A DNA stretch of 59,577 bases, the filler included, from Sphacelaria rigidula (Eukaryota): assembly GCA_964200075.2 (NCBI GenBank). It is 4 parts of 4 records of this genome, joined end to end, with 100 filler letters (N's around TTAATTAATTAA, not from the genome) between each part and the next. Parts side by side here need not be neighbours in the genome. Positions count along the whole stretch, not along the records: positions 44,761 to 59,577 come from CAXNAA020002031.1; 3 more parts are not named here. One strand, 5' to 3'. Below, piece after piece: positions 47,893-59,577 of this stretch. The notes beneath the pieces are model-generated. The model did no database searches. It worked only from the letters and a program-made list of their open reading frames with translations, and had not been told where the DNA came from. Position 1 is the stretch's first letter. The number at the start of each line of letters is the position of its first letter. Made by a program: the position numbers and the translations under genes.

Positions 47893-50092
47893 GTGTGGCG
47901 TTGAATGTTGTGGGCTAGGGTTAAGGGTAGGATTAGGGCTAGTAACAGCACTATGCTTCCACGCAAGACCGAGTACTGCGGGTTCTGTGTCGGGGATCTA
48001 CTAATTGTGTCTGAATTGGAGCATGTAGGGAGAAACACATATGGGTCGTTAGTCCTGGGAAGAGCGAGTCTCTCCTTGGAGACAAGGCAGCCGCCGAGCG
48101 GTTGGTCGAGGAGGATGAGTTGATTTCTCGTGAATATTGTCGACTGCGGAACGTCAGGGAAGCCAGGAACGTGTTCTCCGTATCACGATTATCTCTACTG
48201 TAGCCCCAAACGGGAGTGTACGTGTCACCTGTAGCAAACACATTTTTTGGTAGATTTGACGATGTAAGGTACTCGACCGACCGTGTTTCACTACAGCAGG
48301 TGGCCTTACATGAAGTTTGGGATCTGTATAAAGCATGGGATCTCTATGAATTATGGGGACTTTGTGAAGTATATTTACTCCAGGGGGCACCCCTTTTGTG
48401 ATCGGCGGAATTTGTCTCGGTAGGGACGGTGCAGTACAGACGCGGGCTTTTGGTAAATGAGCATAGAATTTGGTCGAGGCTATATGTCTCGGATCGTGTG
48501 AAGACGTGACTTGATCATATGGTGTAGGTGCTCAACTTTTCTGTTCCCTTGCACACTGTGCGGGGATTCACGTGCAGTCTACAAGTAAGCTCCTTCGCTT
48601 GTGGCCAGAATTATTCTAGTGTGTCCCGCTTGAAGTCAGGAACTCGTTCTTTCTTTATTTTTTCTTGATGACGGGCTGCGTATGTGCCCGAACGAAATAT
48701 GTGGTCTTGTCCACAGAGTGTTTGATCCGTGTTTGCCCGACGCGTGCGTTGAATAGGCTCACCTACTACCCAAGCACGATCGTGGTAGTACACTGTTTGT
48801 CAATCTTCACCGACATGGTTGCTGAGTTACCACATCAAGAGGGTTCCATATCTTCTCTCTACTGGGTGAAGCATTCTCACTCAACCCTACAAAATGAATG
48901 CGTCAGGCAATGAATATGTCCTTCTCCCCATCTCCCAGCCGTGTCCCCCCTCTCCGTTGAGGATGACTTGTACGCTCCACGTTGCTCGCGTTCTGCGATG
49001 AGTCTTTTCTAGATGTCGTTTATGTGGCGGTCGCTAGTTCCTAGCACGGCGGGATGCACTCGAGCGTGCTTGTACATACCTATGGTGGTACTTGCATGGT
49101 AGAATTTGCCTCCAGTGTTTCCCCAGTGCTTTGCATTCAAGACTCGTGTGTGCCCTGCGAAGTAAAACTTGCACAATTTAGGTCTCCTTGTCTTTTAGGA
49201 TACGACCCTTTAATATGGGTAAAATCACCACGAGTGTCGAAGACCTACCAGCTGTTCACACCACTATGAGATAGCTCTACTTGCTTGGTGACCACAAGGT
49301 GCCGGGGTTCAGATCCCGACCCAGTCATCGCGGTAAAAAAAAATGAAAAGAACGGTCGGAGTTGAGTGGGCTTAAAGACGGCACGTTCAGGGTGGGAGGT
49401 GAGCAGAGGTTCACAAACCTACACACAAGTCTTTTGCGGAGGTTGCCAGTTTGAGCCCTGCATCACGCGCAATGGATTCATGCAAAAATATATATGAATA
49501 CCGGCGGCCGGTAATGAACACAACGCGTCAGCACCAATCTGGTGCTGCCATAAAGACACGAACAGGCTTCAAAGGGTGAGAGGTGATGTAGGTATCGCCC
49601 TGGAATGTGGTTACGTTAACGCGAGGGTCTGTCAAGGACTCGATCACCTTGTGACACCTCCAACATTCTTTATGAAACTGACGTACACAAATGGTTTGCA
49701 CGCTCCGCACGGTGCCTCCGGGGCGTATCGCCTGATGATGAGCACGATGAAAGGAGCATGTCGCTGTACACAACGAATCAATTAGTGAAGTATTGTGCCT
49801 TCTATCGTTTCACTTATTCTAGAAATAGCCACATCGTGAAAGATGATTGCCTCAGCCCCTGCTTTTAGGATGGGTGGTAAATAGGTGCAGTGCCAAAGTA
49901 GAGTCAACGGACCTAGGTTGACAAAATCACAGTTGCAGCCCATGGCTCACACGCACATTGCATGTGGTTTCGAAGTGCTGGGGAGTTTTAAAGCCAAATA
50001 TCAAAACGTTTTTTCACTGCTGAGTCTATCCAACATGGTTTCCTCCCCGACCTGGTTGCCTTGACTGCATCTCTCGTATGCCGAGCGTTCAG

Positions 50093-50503
50093 GCCCATGC
50101 GCGCACGAGCGAGGGGTTCTACACTGCGGCCGTCGCTGCCCTACGCAGCGGCTGCCACGTAATGAGGCGTTTTCTCGGTATCGCTGACCAAGGCAATGAG
50201 AGTGTCGGTGACGGTTCCGCTAGTGATGACAATGTCGGGGGGGCAGACATGGAAAGAGATACGGAGGATTTTTCGTTTAAGCGGGAGGGGGGGAGCGGTG
50301 ATGGCGGTGATGGTCAAAAGGAAGGGGCCGCATACAAGGCGGGAAGCAGACGACAGCACGAGTGTGCGTGGAAGCTTCTTGGAGATCTGTACACGTATGC
50401 GCACAAGCTTCCTCCTATGTGTTTCGTGAAGGACGGCGCGGAAGGGTGTGGTGAGGAGCGTCCGGTGGATAAGGGCACCGCGGACGCGGTGGCTGCGCAA
50501 CAG
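50093..50503 (+). CDS. SKI3: SKI3-like exon
   Basis: AHARTSEGFYTAA...CAWKLLGDLYTYA; C.WKL.GD is characteristic of SKI3/TTC37. Confidence 0.88.
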
Positions 50504-51570
50504 GTGTGTGTTTTGCGCGTGGGGTGGTTGATGTGGAGCCGTTACCGTCACGTTGTACGACATCGCCATTTTGTTATGCCCTCTTTTCCCAGCTTGGGTA
50601 TGTCTCTTTGTCTGGGGGCTCGGATGTTCTGTGTCCATCTTTTGATTGGGCGTAGCGTTCGCTTGAAAGATCGCTGTTCAGACTCTGGTGTTCATTTGCA
50701 AACGCCAAAAGGTTCGAGGCCTGTGCAGCTCGAGCCTTCTCGTCATGATTGAGCTTGTTCAAACCCTTGTTCAGCACGTGGGTGCAGTGACCAGCAGCAC
50801 TCTACGTGAGACTAACGTACGCATCTCGAGAACATGACGTTCGAAGAAGAAACTCGTACACACTCCATCCTCAGTGGCGTTCTCAAATCCAGTGTGTGTG
50901 TGTGTGTTTGTGTGTGTGCTTTTCAGTCGATACGTTCGATATTTGCGACGCGGCATGACGTGTCTTTCGTAGTATTTGAAACAAGCGCCAGGGAAGTGTG
51001 TTCGCTCTTTGTACTGTGCGTGCATTGTTATGCAGAAGCTGATTGATTCACCTCCGCACCACGCCCTCATGATGAAGTTTGATGACTGCATTTATTCTAG
51101 TACAAACTTGATCAGGGCTCAGTGGTAGCTAACACTTGAGTCTCAGACCCATTACGGAACAGTATATTTGCCCCACCTTCAACGCTGGTAACCCCGACGC
51201 TGTAGCTTCGCGACTCCTTTCTGATTGCGAGCACCACCCGGAGTGACGACATGCCGTGTACGCCATGGTCTCCTACCCATGAATTATACAAGTTGTTTGA
51301 CCCATGCTGGTGTTTCCGAACGTTTTGAGAGATCCATCTCAGTTCGATCTGATGAGGGGTTCTTGCGTCCAAGGGTTTGGCGTTCACTCATAACAACAGG
51401 TTTTCTTCCTGGCCCTTTTTTCGTGTTTTGTGGTGACCCAATTCACTCAGAAACATGAAATCGCTTGCTCGACCTCTGAATGTCGGTGCAAATTCGTACG
51501 CAGTAAATTTTTCCGAAATTTCATGTTCAGTTAGCGATAACGCCCCCCTCTCCCCCCTCCCTCCTCTCAG

Positions 51571-51848
51571 GCATTCAGCAAGAAAGGCTCGACGCAACGA
51601 TTGCGCTTCGTCAAACTAGGTGCCGCAGCATACCAAAAGGTGGTAGATCTGCTGCAATCCGATGAGCAAATGGAGCAGAAGAATAGCCACACCAGCGCCA
51701 AATCGGAAAGATTGGCAGCGGCACTGTATGACCTTGGTCTAAACTATCTGCTGCGCTGTCGCCTGCTGTGCGCGGACAGTGGAGAAGGTTCGGGGCTATG
51801 GGGTGCCGATGTGTACCTGTCTCAGCCACAGGTTGTTGAGCTCTCCAG
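51571..51848 (+). CDS. SKI3: SKI3-like exon
   Basis: AAAYQKVV..ALYDLGLNYL; strong polypyrimidine acceptor; phase-2 donor fits the next exon. Confidence 0.85.
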
Positions 51849-51949
51849 GTGACGATACACACTTTTACGCCTCTTAGCTATGTTTTTTTTCTTCCATGTG
51901 GTCAGGTCGGCATGGTTCCTGGGCTAGGGTTATATCTTATTTCTTCTCA

Positions 51950-54200
51950 TGCAGATCTTCCCATCCACCGAAAAAATGGCGGGGGTCGTGGGTAGCTGAC
52001 CTTGTCGCCCATGAGGAGATCGCTCTGTGCGACAGTGACCGGCTTATTGTTAACCACAACCACTACCTTTGAACGCAAGAGCTGGAGCACGGACACAATT
52101 CCCGCGTCAGGCAGTGTCCTTGAAGGCGGTGTTTTTTCACCTGTAGGGAGTAGCCAAACTCCTTTCGTGAATACCATGCCTGGATGACGATTTTTCTGGC
52201 CCTTCTTTGAACGAATTCCAGTGCCCACGATACTAAACCGGTGGATGTACTATGGTGGTCATAAATATGTAAAACCTATTGATGACGTGCTCGAAAGGTT
52301 GAGTTATATCAAAAGCCTTTGATGCAAACATGACAGGGTGAAATCGGCGTTGACCGAAATCAATGGAAAAACGAAAGAAAAATGACCCGGCGAGTTATGT
52401 TCTCGACTTAAATTGTTTCGATCACCGGCGAATACAAATTGTCTGTTTTCCACGCGTCCATCTGAAAACCGTGGAACGCCGTATAGCCCACATTATCCGC
52501 ACAAATAGAAGCAGGGAAGAAGGGTAGCAATAATAGCAGTCGATATTTTCATGAAGGAGTCGGGAAAAAAACAACTTCTGCGGCTTTGTTCGCTTCTTAT
52601 AAAAGCCATGCAAAAATAAACGTCCCGAAATGGCCGCATCAACAGCAATGACCAGTTTTTTCCAAGTAGTAAAAATTCATGCGTAAAATACGACATGGCG
52701 TCACTTATTAGTGACCGAGGTAGTAGTAGCAGATGGCACCCCCCCCTATCTACAGCCCACGGGTGATAAGTCAGTATCCCCCGGAAAGTTACCACGCTTG
52801 TGTCGTGTACGCCGCAGTCTACGATAGTCCTCCCTGGGAGCATGTCGAACGTAACGTTGTGCAACACCCGTGCGCGAAGCACTTCTCCGCTCAATTGACA
52901 CCGACAGGTGATGAATTGTCGCCGTGAGTTCTCGTGCCTCAAAGTGTTTTCCATCACCTATGGCGTTACAATGTGTCACAAACAGGGTAGTGATATCGTT
53001 CCAGGTGTATTCAGGTGTATTTATCGTAATTCGGGGTTACGCGTGGGTTCTCACTTCAGTGGGGTCCAGTTTGACCTCCAGGGCAGGACATTGCTTTGTC
53101 TGTCCAGAAGAGCTACCTAGTAGTCATTCCTCGGTGCCCCCATCTATCTACTCCAATCCGAGCGTTTGTGACTTGATATAATGACAGATGCCCTTGCAGT
53201 ATAGACGCGATTTTTTTCAAGTCAAGCAATTGACACTCCGGGCGCGAGGTCGCCTTTCGAAAAATCGCCGGCTGAGGTTCAACTTACTCGACGCGGACGC
53301 TGTAGCTGAGCAGCTGTTCTCTCTTTGTAAGCACCATGCCGGAGGACAGCATACCGTGTACTTCATGGTCCGCGACCCCTGGCCATTTGACACTTGTTAA
53401 CCAAAGCAGTTGTCCTTCATGTATTTTTAGTGATCCTCTTGAGGTCCACTCGGCCAGGCGTCATGCTAGAGGCTTCAAGTATCTCAATTTCGCTGCGCTA
53501 AGTCTCCACCTCTCTGCTGTATATTTTGAGCCGGCTACCGTCTATCGTATATTTCAAGGCAAGCAAGTGTTGGCGTTGCCCTTGAGCCTTCGCCGCTCTC
53601 CTTGCTTGCCTCTCGTTTCTCGTTTTCAGCTACTTGTGCATTATTCCGTACACGTTGTTTCTGTTATCTTCGTCGTATTTTTCCTTTATTCGATGTTAAG
53701 TATGAAGAAGATGGATTTATTCAGGTGTATTTGACCATGCTTTGAATATTTTCAGGTGCGGTTTTGCAATGACTTCATTAGCACCAAATGTGGCCATGTA
53801 GTTGGCCGAGAACTCAACAGGTCCAACGACGACCGAAAACGCAACGGATGTTCCTGTAATTGTCTATTTCCCCAAAGCTACCTACCTGGACCAATAATGG
53901 TACCTGTAGGCGGCTAGAAACGGTAACGAAATTTAACGCGAAATCGGCAGATGCAACGAACCATCCATATCTGTTATGCCTCGTCGCCGCGAACGTGAAG
54001 TACCCCGCGAATGTTACACCTAGAATTTCGCTCTGAACTTTTGAACAATGAACACCGGATACGTGGGGAGGCAGCAGCACTGGCTCCTTGCCGCACAGAC
54101 TTGGTCGTTTGAAGTGCCAAGAGCCTTTTCTGCGACGTCTTCGCCTTTGCCTCGAATTTTCCCCTCTCCTCGACCACTGTGAAGGTTACACTGCCTCTTA
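51950..54200 (-). mobile_element. Highly decayed Ty1/Copia-like gag-protease remnant (boundaries approximate)
   Basis: Minus strand has a broken helical gag-like frame (~53400-53700), a degenerate zinc knuckle CFAHG..YVRH.P (~52840-52885) and WAVDRGGCH resembling Copia protease WxxDSGAxxH (~52735-52760). Confidence 0.4.
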
Positions 54201-55747
54201 GTAGCCGTAATCCGATATGAGTAAAGTCGGAACGTAGGCCAGGTGGAGTGATACTCCGTACCGCTGCTGTGCTGTGCAGTACTCAACAGGCGAGAGCACT
54301 GCAACGCAAACACCGTCGTGCTACGAAATGCTCCCTTGTATCCGGAGTATGGATTCGTGTGTATTTGTGCTTGTTTGTTGATCGGTAATCCAGTACTGTT
54401 TCTGGCAACTTGAAGGTACTCTTGTTCCCAGCTGAACTTGCGGGGAAAAGTAGATGTTTTCAGTTATACCTGTTGCGTTTACGATTGTGTTTGGGTATGT
54501 CGCCCTCTCGGCCCACCAGATGGCCACGTTTAGGGCAGTTGATGCTTTTACAGTGCTGTACCTCGAAATATCCAAAAGATGGTCAGATATACTTGGACGT
54601 GTTGGTTTGTCTTGTGTTGAGACTGCCCGAGGCAACCTTCAAATAAGCCGCGGATGCCAATCTCATGCTCCCCGACTCGTGGGTCAGAGACCATTTTTAG
54701 CGATCGTCGACCCTTTCGTTTTCTTGTCTCACCAACCCATTTCGGTTGAAATCCCCTTTCTACTAAATTCAAGGGATGGCATGTAATTCACTTCCGGCAC
54801 CCTCCCCCAGACCCTCCTCGTGTTTTAGGGGTGGAAAAAGAGCATCTTCCACATTGACAGAAAAACAGCCCAGCACCATTCGAAAGGCAATTGTCACTGC
54901 TGCAGGAGTGGCCTATTTCGCACTAAGGCTAGGGTTAGTTAGGTAACATGATTTTTCTCTACCCCGTCTCTCCATATATGGGGGTGTGGTGTCTCGTCCG
55001 GGTAGCAGCGTAATTTAACCGCACCCTCCTTTGTTTTCTTAGTTGTCGCGTAACCATTCTCTACTTGCGACTAACTGTTGTCGATACCTGGAGACAGGGC
55101 ACATTCTTCAGCCAAGCTCTGCAGCAGACTCTCAATCCTTGGGTCACTTTCACTACGGAGGTCTGACTTGGAGTTAGAGCTTAGATTACCCCGCCCGTCC
55201 GGATGGTTATGTTGCATACTGTAGGTCCATCATGTGGGCACGCCTGGGTTCGTAGCTTGTCAAGTAATGCGCGACAAGGACTCAATAAATCAAGCAACGC
55301 CCCGTCCCTCCCCCATCTCCCATGTATTGGCTCAGACCCCGTGCTGCCGAATCATTAACGTGACGGCATCAAGAGAAGGTGCCCTACTTTTTCGAGCGAA
55401 ATGACGGTCAAGCGGACCATGCAACTGCACCTCGGAATGACTTGCTGTATGGTGTAAGACGCCTCACTCACTCTGGGCCGGGAAGGGAAGGATGCAGGAA
55501 TCCCACAAATATCGAAATCGCCATTTTAGTTTTTTTTCGTATAACAGGTGACCTGAGCCCAAACATCGGGGACAGACGTGTCTTTCTCGAGAGGCATGCC
55601 CCTGCTTGCTAGATCTGCCAATGGACCGACGGCCATGGTCATTCACGTGCTACCCTTGTTTTGTATCTTGTTATCTGACTTGAGTACTATATTTCGGTTG
55701 TCTTCGCCTCTTCTTACTTCTATGTTCTCCTGCTTGCGCCGTACAAG

Positions 55748-55943
55748 ATTTGCCGAAGCAGCGTTCAAGCAAGCCCTAGAAGCCGATCCTCTGCACTCTG
55801 ACTCATGGAACGGTCTGGGAACCGTTTCTCGCGACCCTCTGGTGCAGCAACACTGCTGGGTGCGTGCGGTGCAGCTTGCCCACAACCCGAGCGCATGGGC
55901 TAACCTCGGCATGCTGTACGTGCGTTGGGGACTCGATATCCAG
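55748..55943 (+). CDS. SKI3: SKI3-like exon
   Basis: AFKQALEADPLHSDSWNGLG..QQHCWVRAVQL..AWANLGMLY resembles TTC37 QHCFIKS..AWTNLGVLY. Confidence 0.92.
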
Positions 55944-57079
55944 GTGTGCAGAATCATGGTACTGTATCGTGGTGTTTGGGCGATTCGGAGGTGTTGTGTG
56001 TGCGTATTAATGACGCTGACCTCCCACCTGCTGCTGTCGCTGTTGTGATCTCATGCTGTGATGCTGTACCGTCAATACTGGTGAACAAGACGCGATGCGT
56101 GGCGTGATGCATGCACATTCAATATTCTAGGGCTCTCGAGTTCTATCACTCTCTAAGAAGACCTGATTTCTTTGTTTTACCACACCTCCGACCAGCTCGG
56201 TGGGAGGCTTTCCTCTTTCGGTTTCTTGGTGTCTCTCTTCATTGTTCTATTTTGTAATGTGTTAGAGTCTCCGGAGAAGCCACTCGATAAGCTTCATCTG
56301 ATGTAAGGAATACTAGTTGCGGTACGGGAAAGGCGAGCCTACGTCTGTGACCACGGGCCCGATAGATGGGGCTAATGTGCATGAATGAGAATAAAAGTAA
56401 GAGAACGAAAACAGTAGGAATATGTCATCGAAATATTGCTTTGCCGGACAAGCGGGTTTGTTTCGATGACATCCAAATGCGGACGTATTCATGTGCGAAA
56501 GGCGTACGGGAGCGTGGGAAAGAAGTATGGCACCGTATCGTACAAAGATGTAAGACTGTTAGTGAAGCGGTGATTCGTATGTGTGAAACGCCGCCCGTGT
56601 CCGTGTATTGGCTTGCCGAACGAATATGACTACATCTAGAAAACCCTCAAGCGTATATGTGTATGTGGTCTGAAAACACGATGCGAGAGGTGTGTTCATC
56701 GATGACAATCGCTTGTAATTCCGTTCGGCGCTACTGTGTTACCCACGTCGATTGACTTGATCCTCAAGGTACGTGTAAACTCCATGTCGTCAGCGCGCGT
56801 ACGCTGCCTCGCAGTTGAGATGTTATTTTCCAATATAAGGTGTATTGGATTTTGTGCGCTTAATCGGGTTGTCACGTGACCTGTTGCTGACTGCGTAGCT
56901 TACTGTTGGTCTGACCCGAGTGCTGAGATCTCGCGATGTGGCGCGAACAAGTATTCTGGGCGTGGCTGTTTTTATGATGTGTATTTATTGTTTATCGATG
57001 CTGTCGTATGACCCTGGGACTCTTGTAAATTCCTGTGCGATGATCCAAAGCTTTTCATGTACTTTGACAGAGGCTGGCC

Positions 57080-57250
57080 ATTTGGGTTTTTTTCGTCCTT
57101 ATTTTTTTCTGATATTTATTATTTTCCCCCCTATTCTATTATCTTTTTCTACTTCATGTTCTATTTGTTTTATCTCGGTTACGTCCATCACGTGACCACG
57201 ACTGGACCCCAGGGGGACCCGTCAAAGTGCGACCATCTATCAATCAACCA
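57080..57250 (+). mobile_element. LINE/SINE 3' end with TCAA tail
   Basis: Homologous to 12095-12160 (-); T-rich body. Confidence 0.6.
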
Positions 57251-57710
57251 ATTTGGGGAATTACTCTTGCCTCCCTGTTGTGACCCAGCGGTCGGTCGCT
57301 ATGTACAGAATGAGGTCGCTCGTAAGTAACACCGGGTGTTGGCCTCGCCTGATACAGGTATTGTACAACATATCTCATTCGTAAGAAATAGGACCAAAAA
57401 TGACTGTCGACGTGTGATACGGGAGTGCTAATTCTATTCGCGATACCCGAGATATCGGGCAGTCAAGCGGGGAAAGGGGTTGATTCCGTGGAGACTACAA
57501 GCTTGTCCTCAGGATAGCAAGGGATCGAAAGTGCAGTGAAGAGATACGCTAGATCCATGGTGATAGTTCAGCCCGCTTTCTTGACCCCCCCCCTTTTTTT
57601 TCAGACTCGAAACGTCCAGCCTGAGTTTCTTGCTATTGCTTAGGCTACCCCTGGATGGACCTGGTTTATTTGCGTATGTAGTAACCAGCGTATGCACTTA
57701 CTGTGTCCAG

Positions 57711-57845
57711 GCGTACGAGTCTCTCGGAGGGCTGCAAGCTGTTACCGATCACCCGAGCATGTGGGTGGGCTTGGGTTTGCTGAAGGAAAAAGAAGCGCGT
57801 GAGCCCGACACCTCCAAGTCGAAGAAACGGCGACTGCTATCCCAG
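57711..57845 (+). CDS. SKI3: SKI3-like exon
   Basis: AYESLGGLQAVTDHPSMWVGLGLL fits the TTC37 A..A....Q..DP....W.G.AL pattern; CCAG| and CAG|GTAC sites. Confidence 0.85.
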
Positions 57846-59577
57846 GTACACTAAACTGATGATGAAGCTTTCCACAAGATGGCTGACGGCTGCGCAGGAT
57901 GGCCGCCTTCGCCGTGCCTTGTTCTGCTGTGTTTTTCTACGATCTGTTCCGTACCGGAAGCCATGCGGCAGGGCCTATCTGTTTTTTGTTTTTTGTTCAT
58001 TTTTTTCTCCTTGAGATCGGCAGTAGATGTTGGGCTGTGCTTGCCTTGTTTATCTTATTTTGTATTTCGCTTTGTCTATCTTATCTCTCGTTTAGTGTTT
58101 ATAATGTTCGCTTGTTTCTTTTTCATCATGCCCTTCGCCCAGAGTTCCCACGTGTCAGGAAAATATTTTCATCGATATACCTTGGGCACGTGTATCTGGT
58201 GACAACAGCTGGATCGTTAGCGGATTAGTAGTGTTGATGAGCGCCGATCGATCAATCAATCAAGCAATCAATCGAGTGAAGCCTAACCCTATGATTGATT
58301 GGGTGCTTGTCTGTCTCACGTGAACGGACCCGTCGGGAACTCGTCAGCAGTGATGAGATAGATCGTGATCTTGTTTAGAACGCAATTCTGCTCATTCCAC
58401 GCGGATCTGACTTCTTGTATGAATTTTCCCCGGTATGTCGAGTACGAGGACTGGATATCGTCGTCAATCTTCCGAGTGCCCGCAGATGGATACCTGGTAG
58501 AGTCGGGCAGTGAATATATTACCGATTCAAGGGACGGACACTCGGGGAATCGGCGTCCGAGACGTAGGCCTTTTTTTAAGGAAAAATCGGCGAATGGGGT
58601 GACGTACCGCCCCCAGTTTCATGAAGTGATCGATCATGGTCTTGGCGCATTTCCGATGGATGGTAATAGTAGATAGCGGTGAGCCACGGGTGACGCGCGT
58701 GGCAGCAGTGCCGCAGGTATCAACGACACGGGTGATGCACGCGTGGAGGTTTTGAACAAGATGGCGAAAAAAACCCGACCGTGACGCCAACCGTAATTTA
58801 TCAGGTCAAGCCTTGGTGCGCACGGTGCGACAGTCGTTAAACTGAGGCAGTCGGGAAACAGTCGTGTTCGAAAATGCATTCGCATGTCCTTCATGTTGCC
58901 AACATGTCCTTCATGCTGCTAACGTGCACATGAATTTCGTGTAGATGTTGTCGTTACTTTGAAGACAAATCGGTACCTTGACAGCTACTCGCAACCGAAA
59001 GGCTTGTGGCATGCAGGTTTTTGCTGTCCCTCTCAACATGAAGCTCATTTGTATGCATTCTTGTCGATTTCAGAGTGATGTGTGAAAATGCGTATGCATG
59101 TTTTTCATGTATCATCAGAAGAGAACCAGCAATGAAGCACAACCGAGTGGTTGAGAGTGGTGTGCATTGGGTGCATTGGCAGGACGCGGCGCTGTATTTT
59201 GCCACCCTCTACGCTATGGTGATCCCTCGTGTTGTACTATTCAACAATATGGTTGTCAGCGATGGATTTGTGTTGCAGACAGAGAGTTTGTAAAGGATTC
59301 CGGTGCTTCATTTTCGCACTGGATAAATGACCAAAAACGTTTTCCGCGACCCTTGATTGAACACCGGGGCGGAGGAACATTACGTTAATAATATAGGATT
59401 ATTTAGTAATAATTATCAATAAGGACCGCTGCGACCGCGGGGTTCGTGGCGGATCAGTTGATGTGCGACAATCAGCTAACTAACCCATGAATCAGTCAAC
59501 ATTATCATTCCAATTTATGGGTTTTCATGTATTAATAAATAATCATAACCATAATCATAATTATAACTATAATTATA

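Noticed and set aside
47910..47942. Interstitial telomere (TTAGGG-like; also ~7714, ~54925)
   Set aside because: Only 2-4 degenerate units.

Overview
This is eukaryotic genomic DNA with short GT-AG exons in kb-scale, repeat-rich introns; the architecture suggests a brown alga or other stramenopile (inference). It is not one locus: three identical 100-bp N44-TTAATTAATTAA-N44 linkers join four ~14.8-kb fragments. Fragment 1 (1-14821) has four exons of a myosin motor domain (+). Fragment 2 (14922-29741) has a multi-exon IQM-like (plant IQ-motif calmodulin-binding family) gene (-). Fragment 3 (29842-44660) is dominated by a 10.6-kb Ty3/Gypsy-type LTR element. Its LTRs are ~99% identical, its gag/protease/integrase are decayed, RT/RNaseH appear deleted, and the integrase ends in a chromo-like plus a possible Tudor/SH3-like module. 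The element sits inside a foldback MITE and contains another. Fragment 4 (44761-59577) has six exons of a SKI3/TTC37-like TPR gene (+). Introns hold hAT MITEs with 8-bp TSDs, TTAA/piggyBac-like MITEs, tRNA-derived SINEs, non-LTR 3' ends and a probable Copia remnant. No prokaryotic system or CRISPR array is supported. All calls are from reading by eye; no searches were run.
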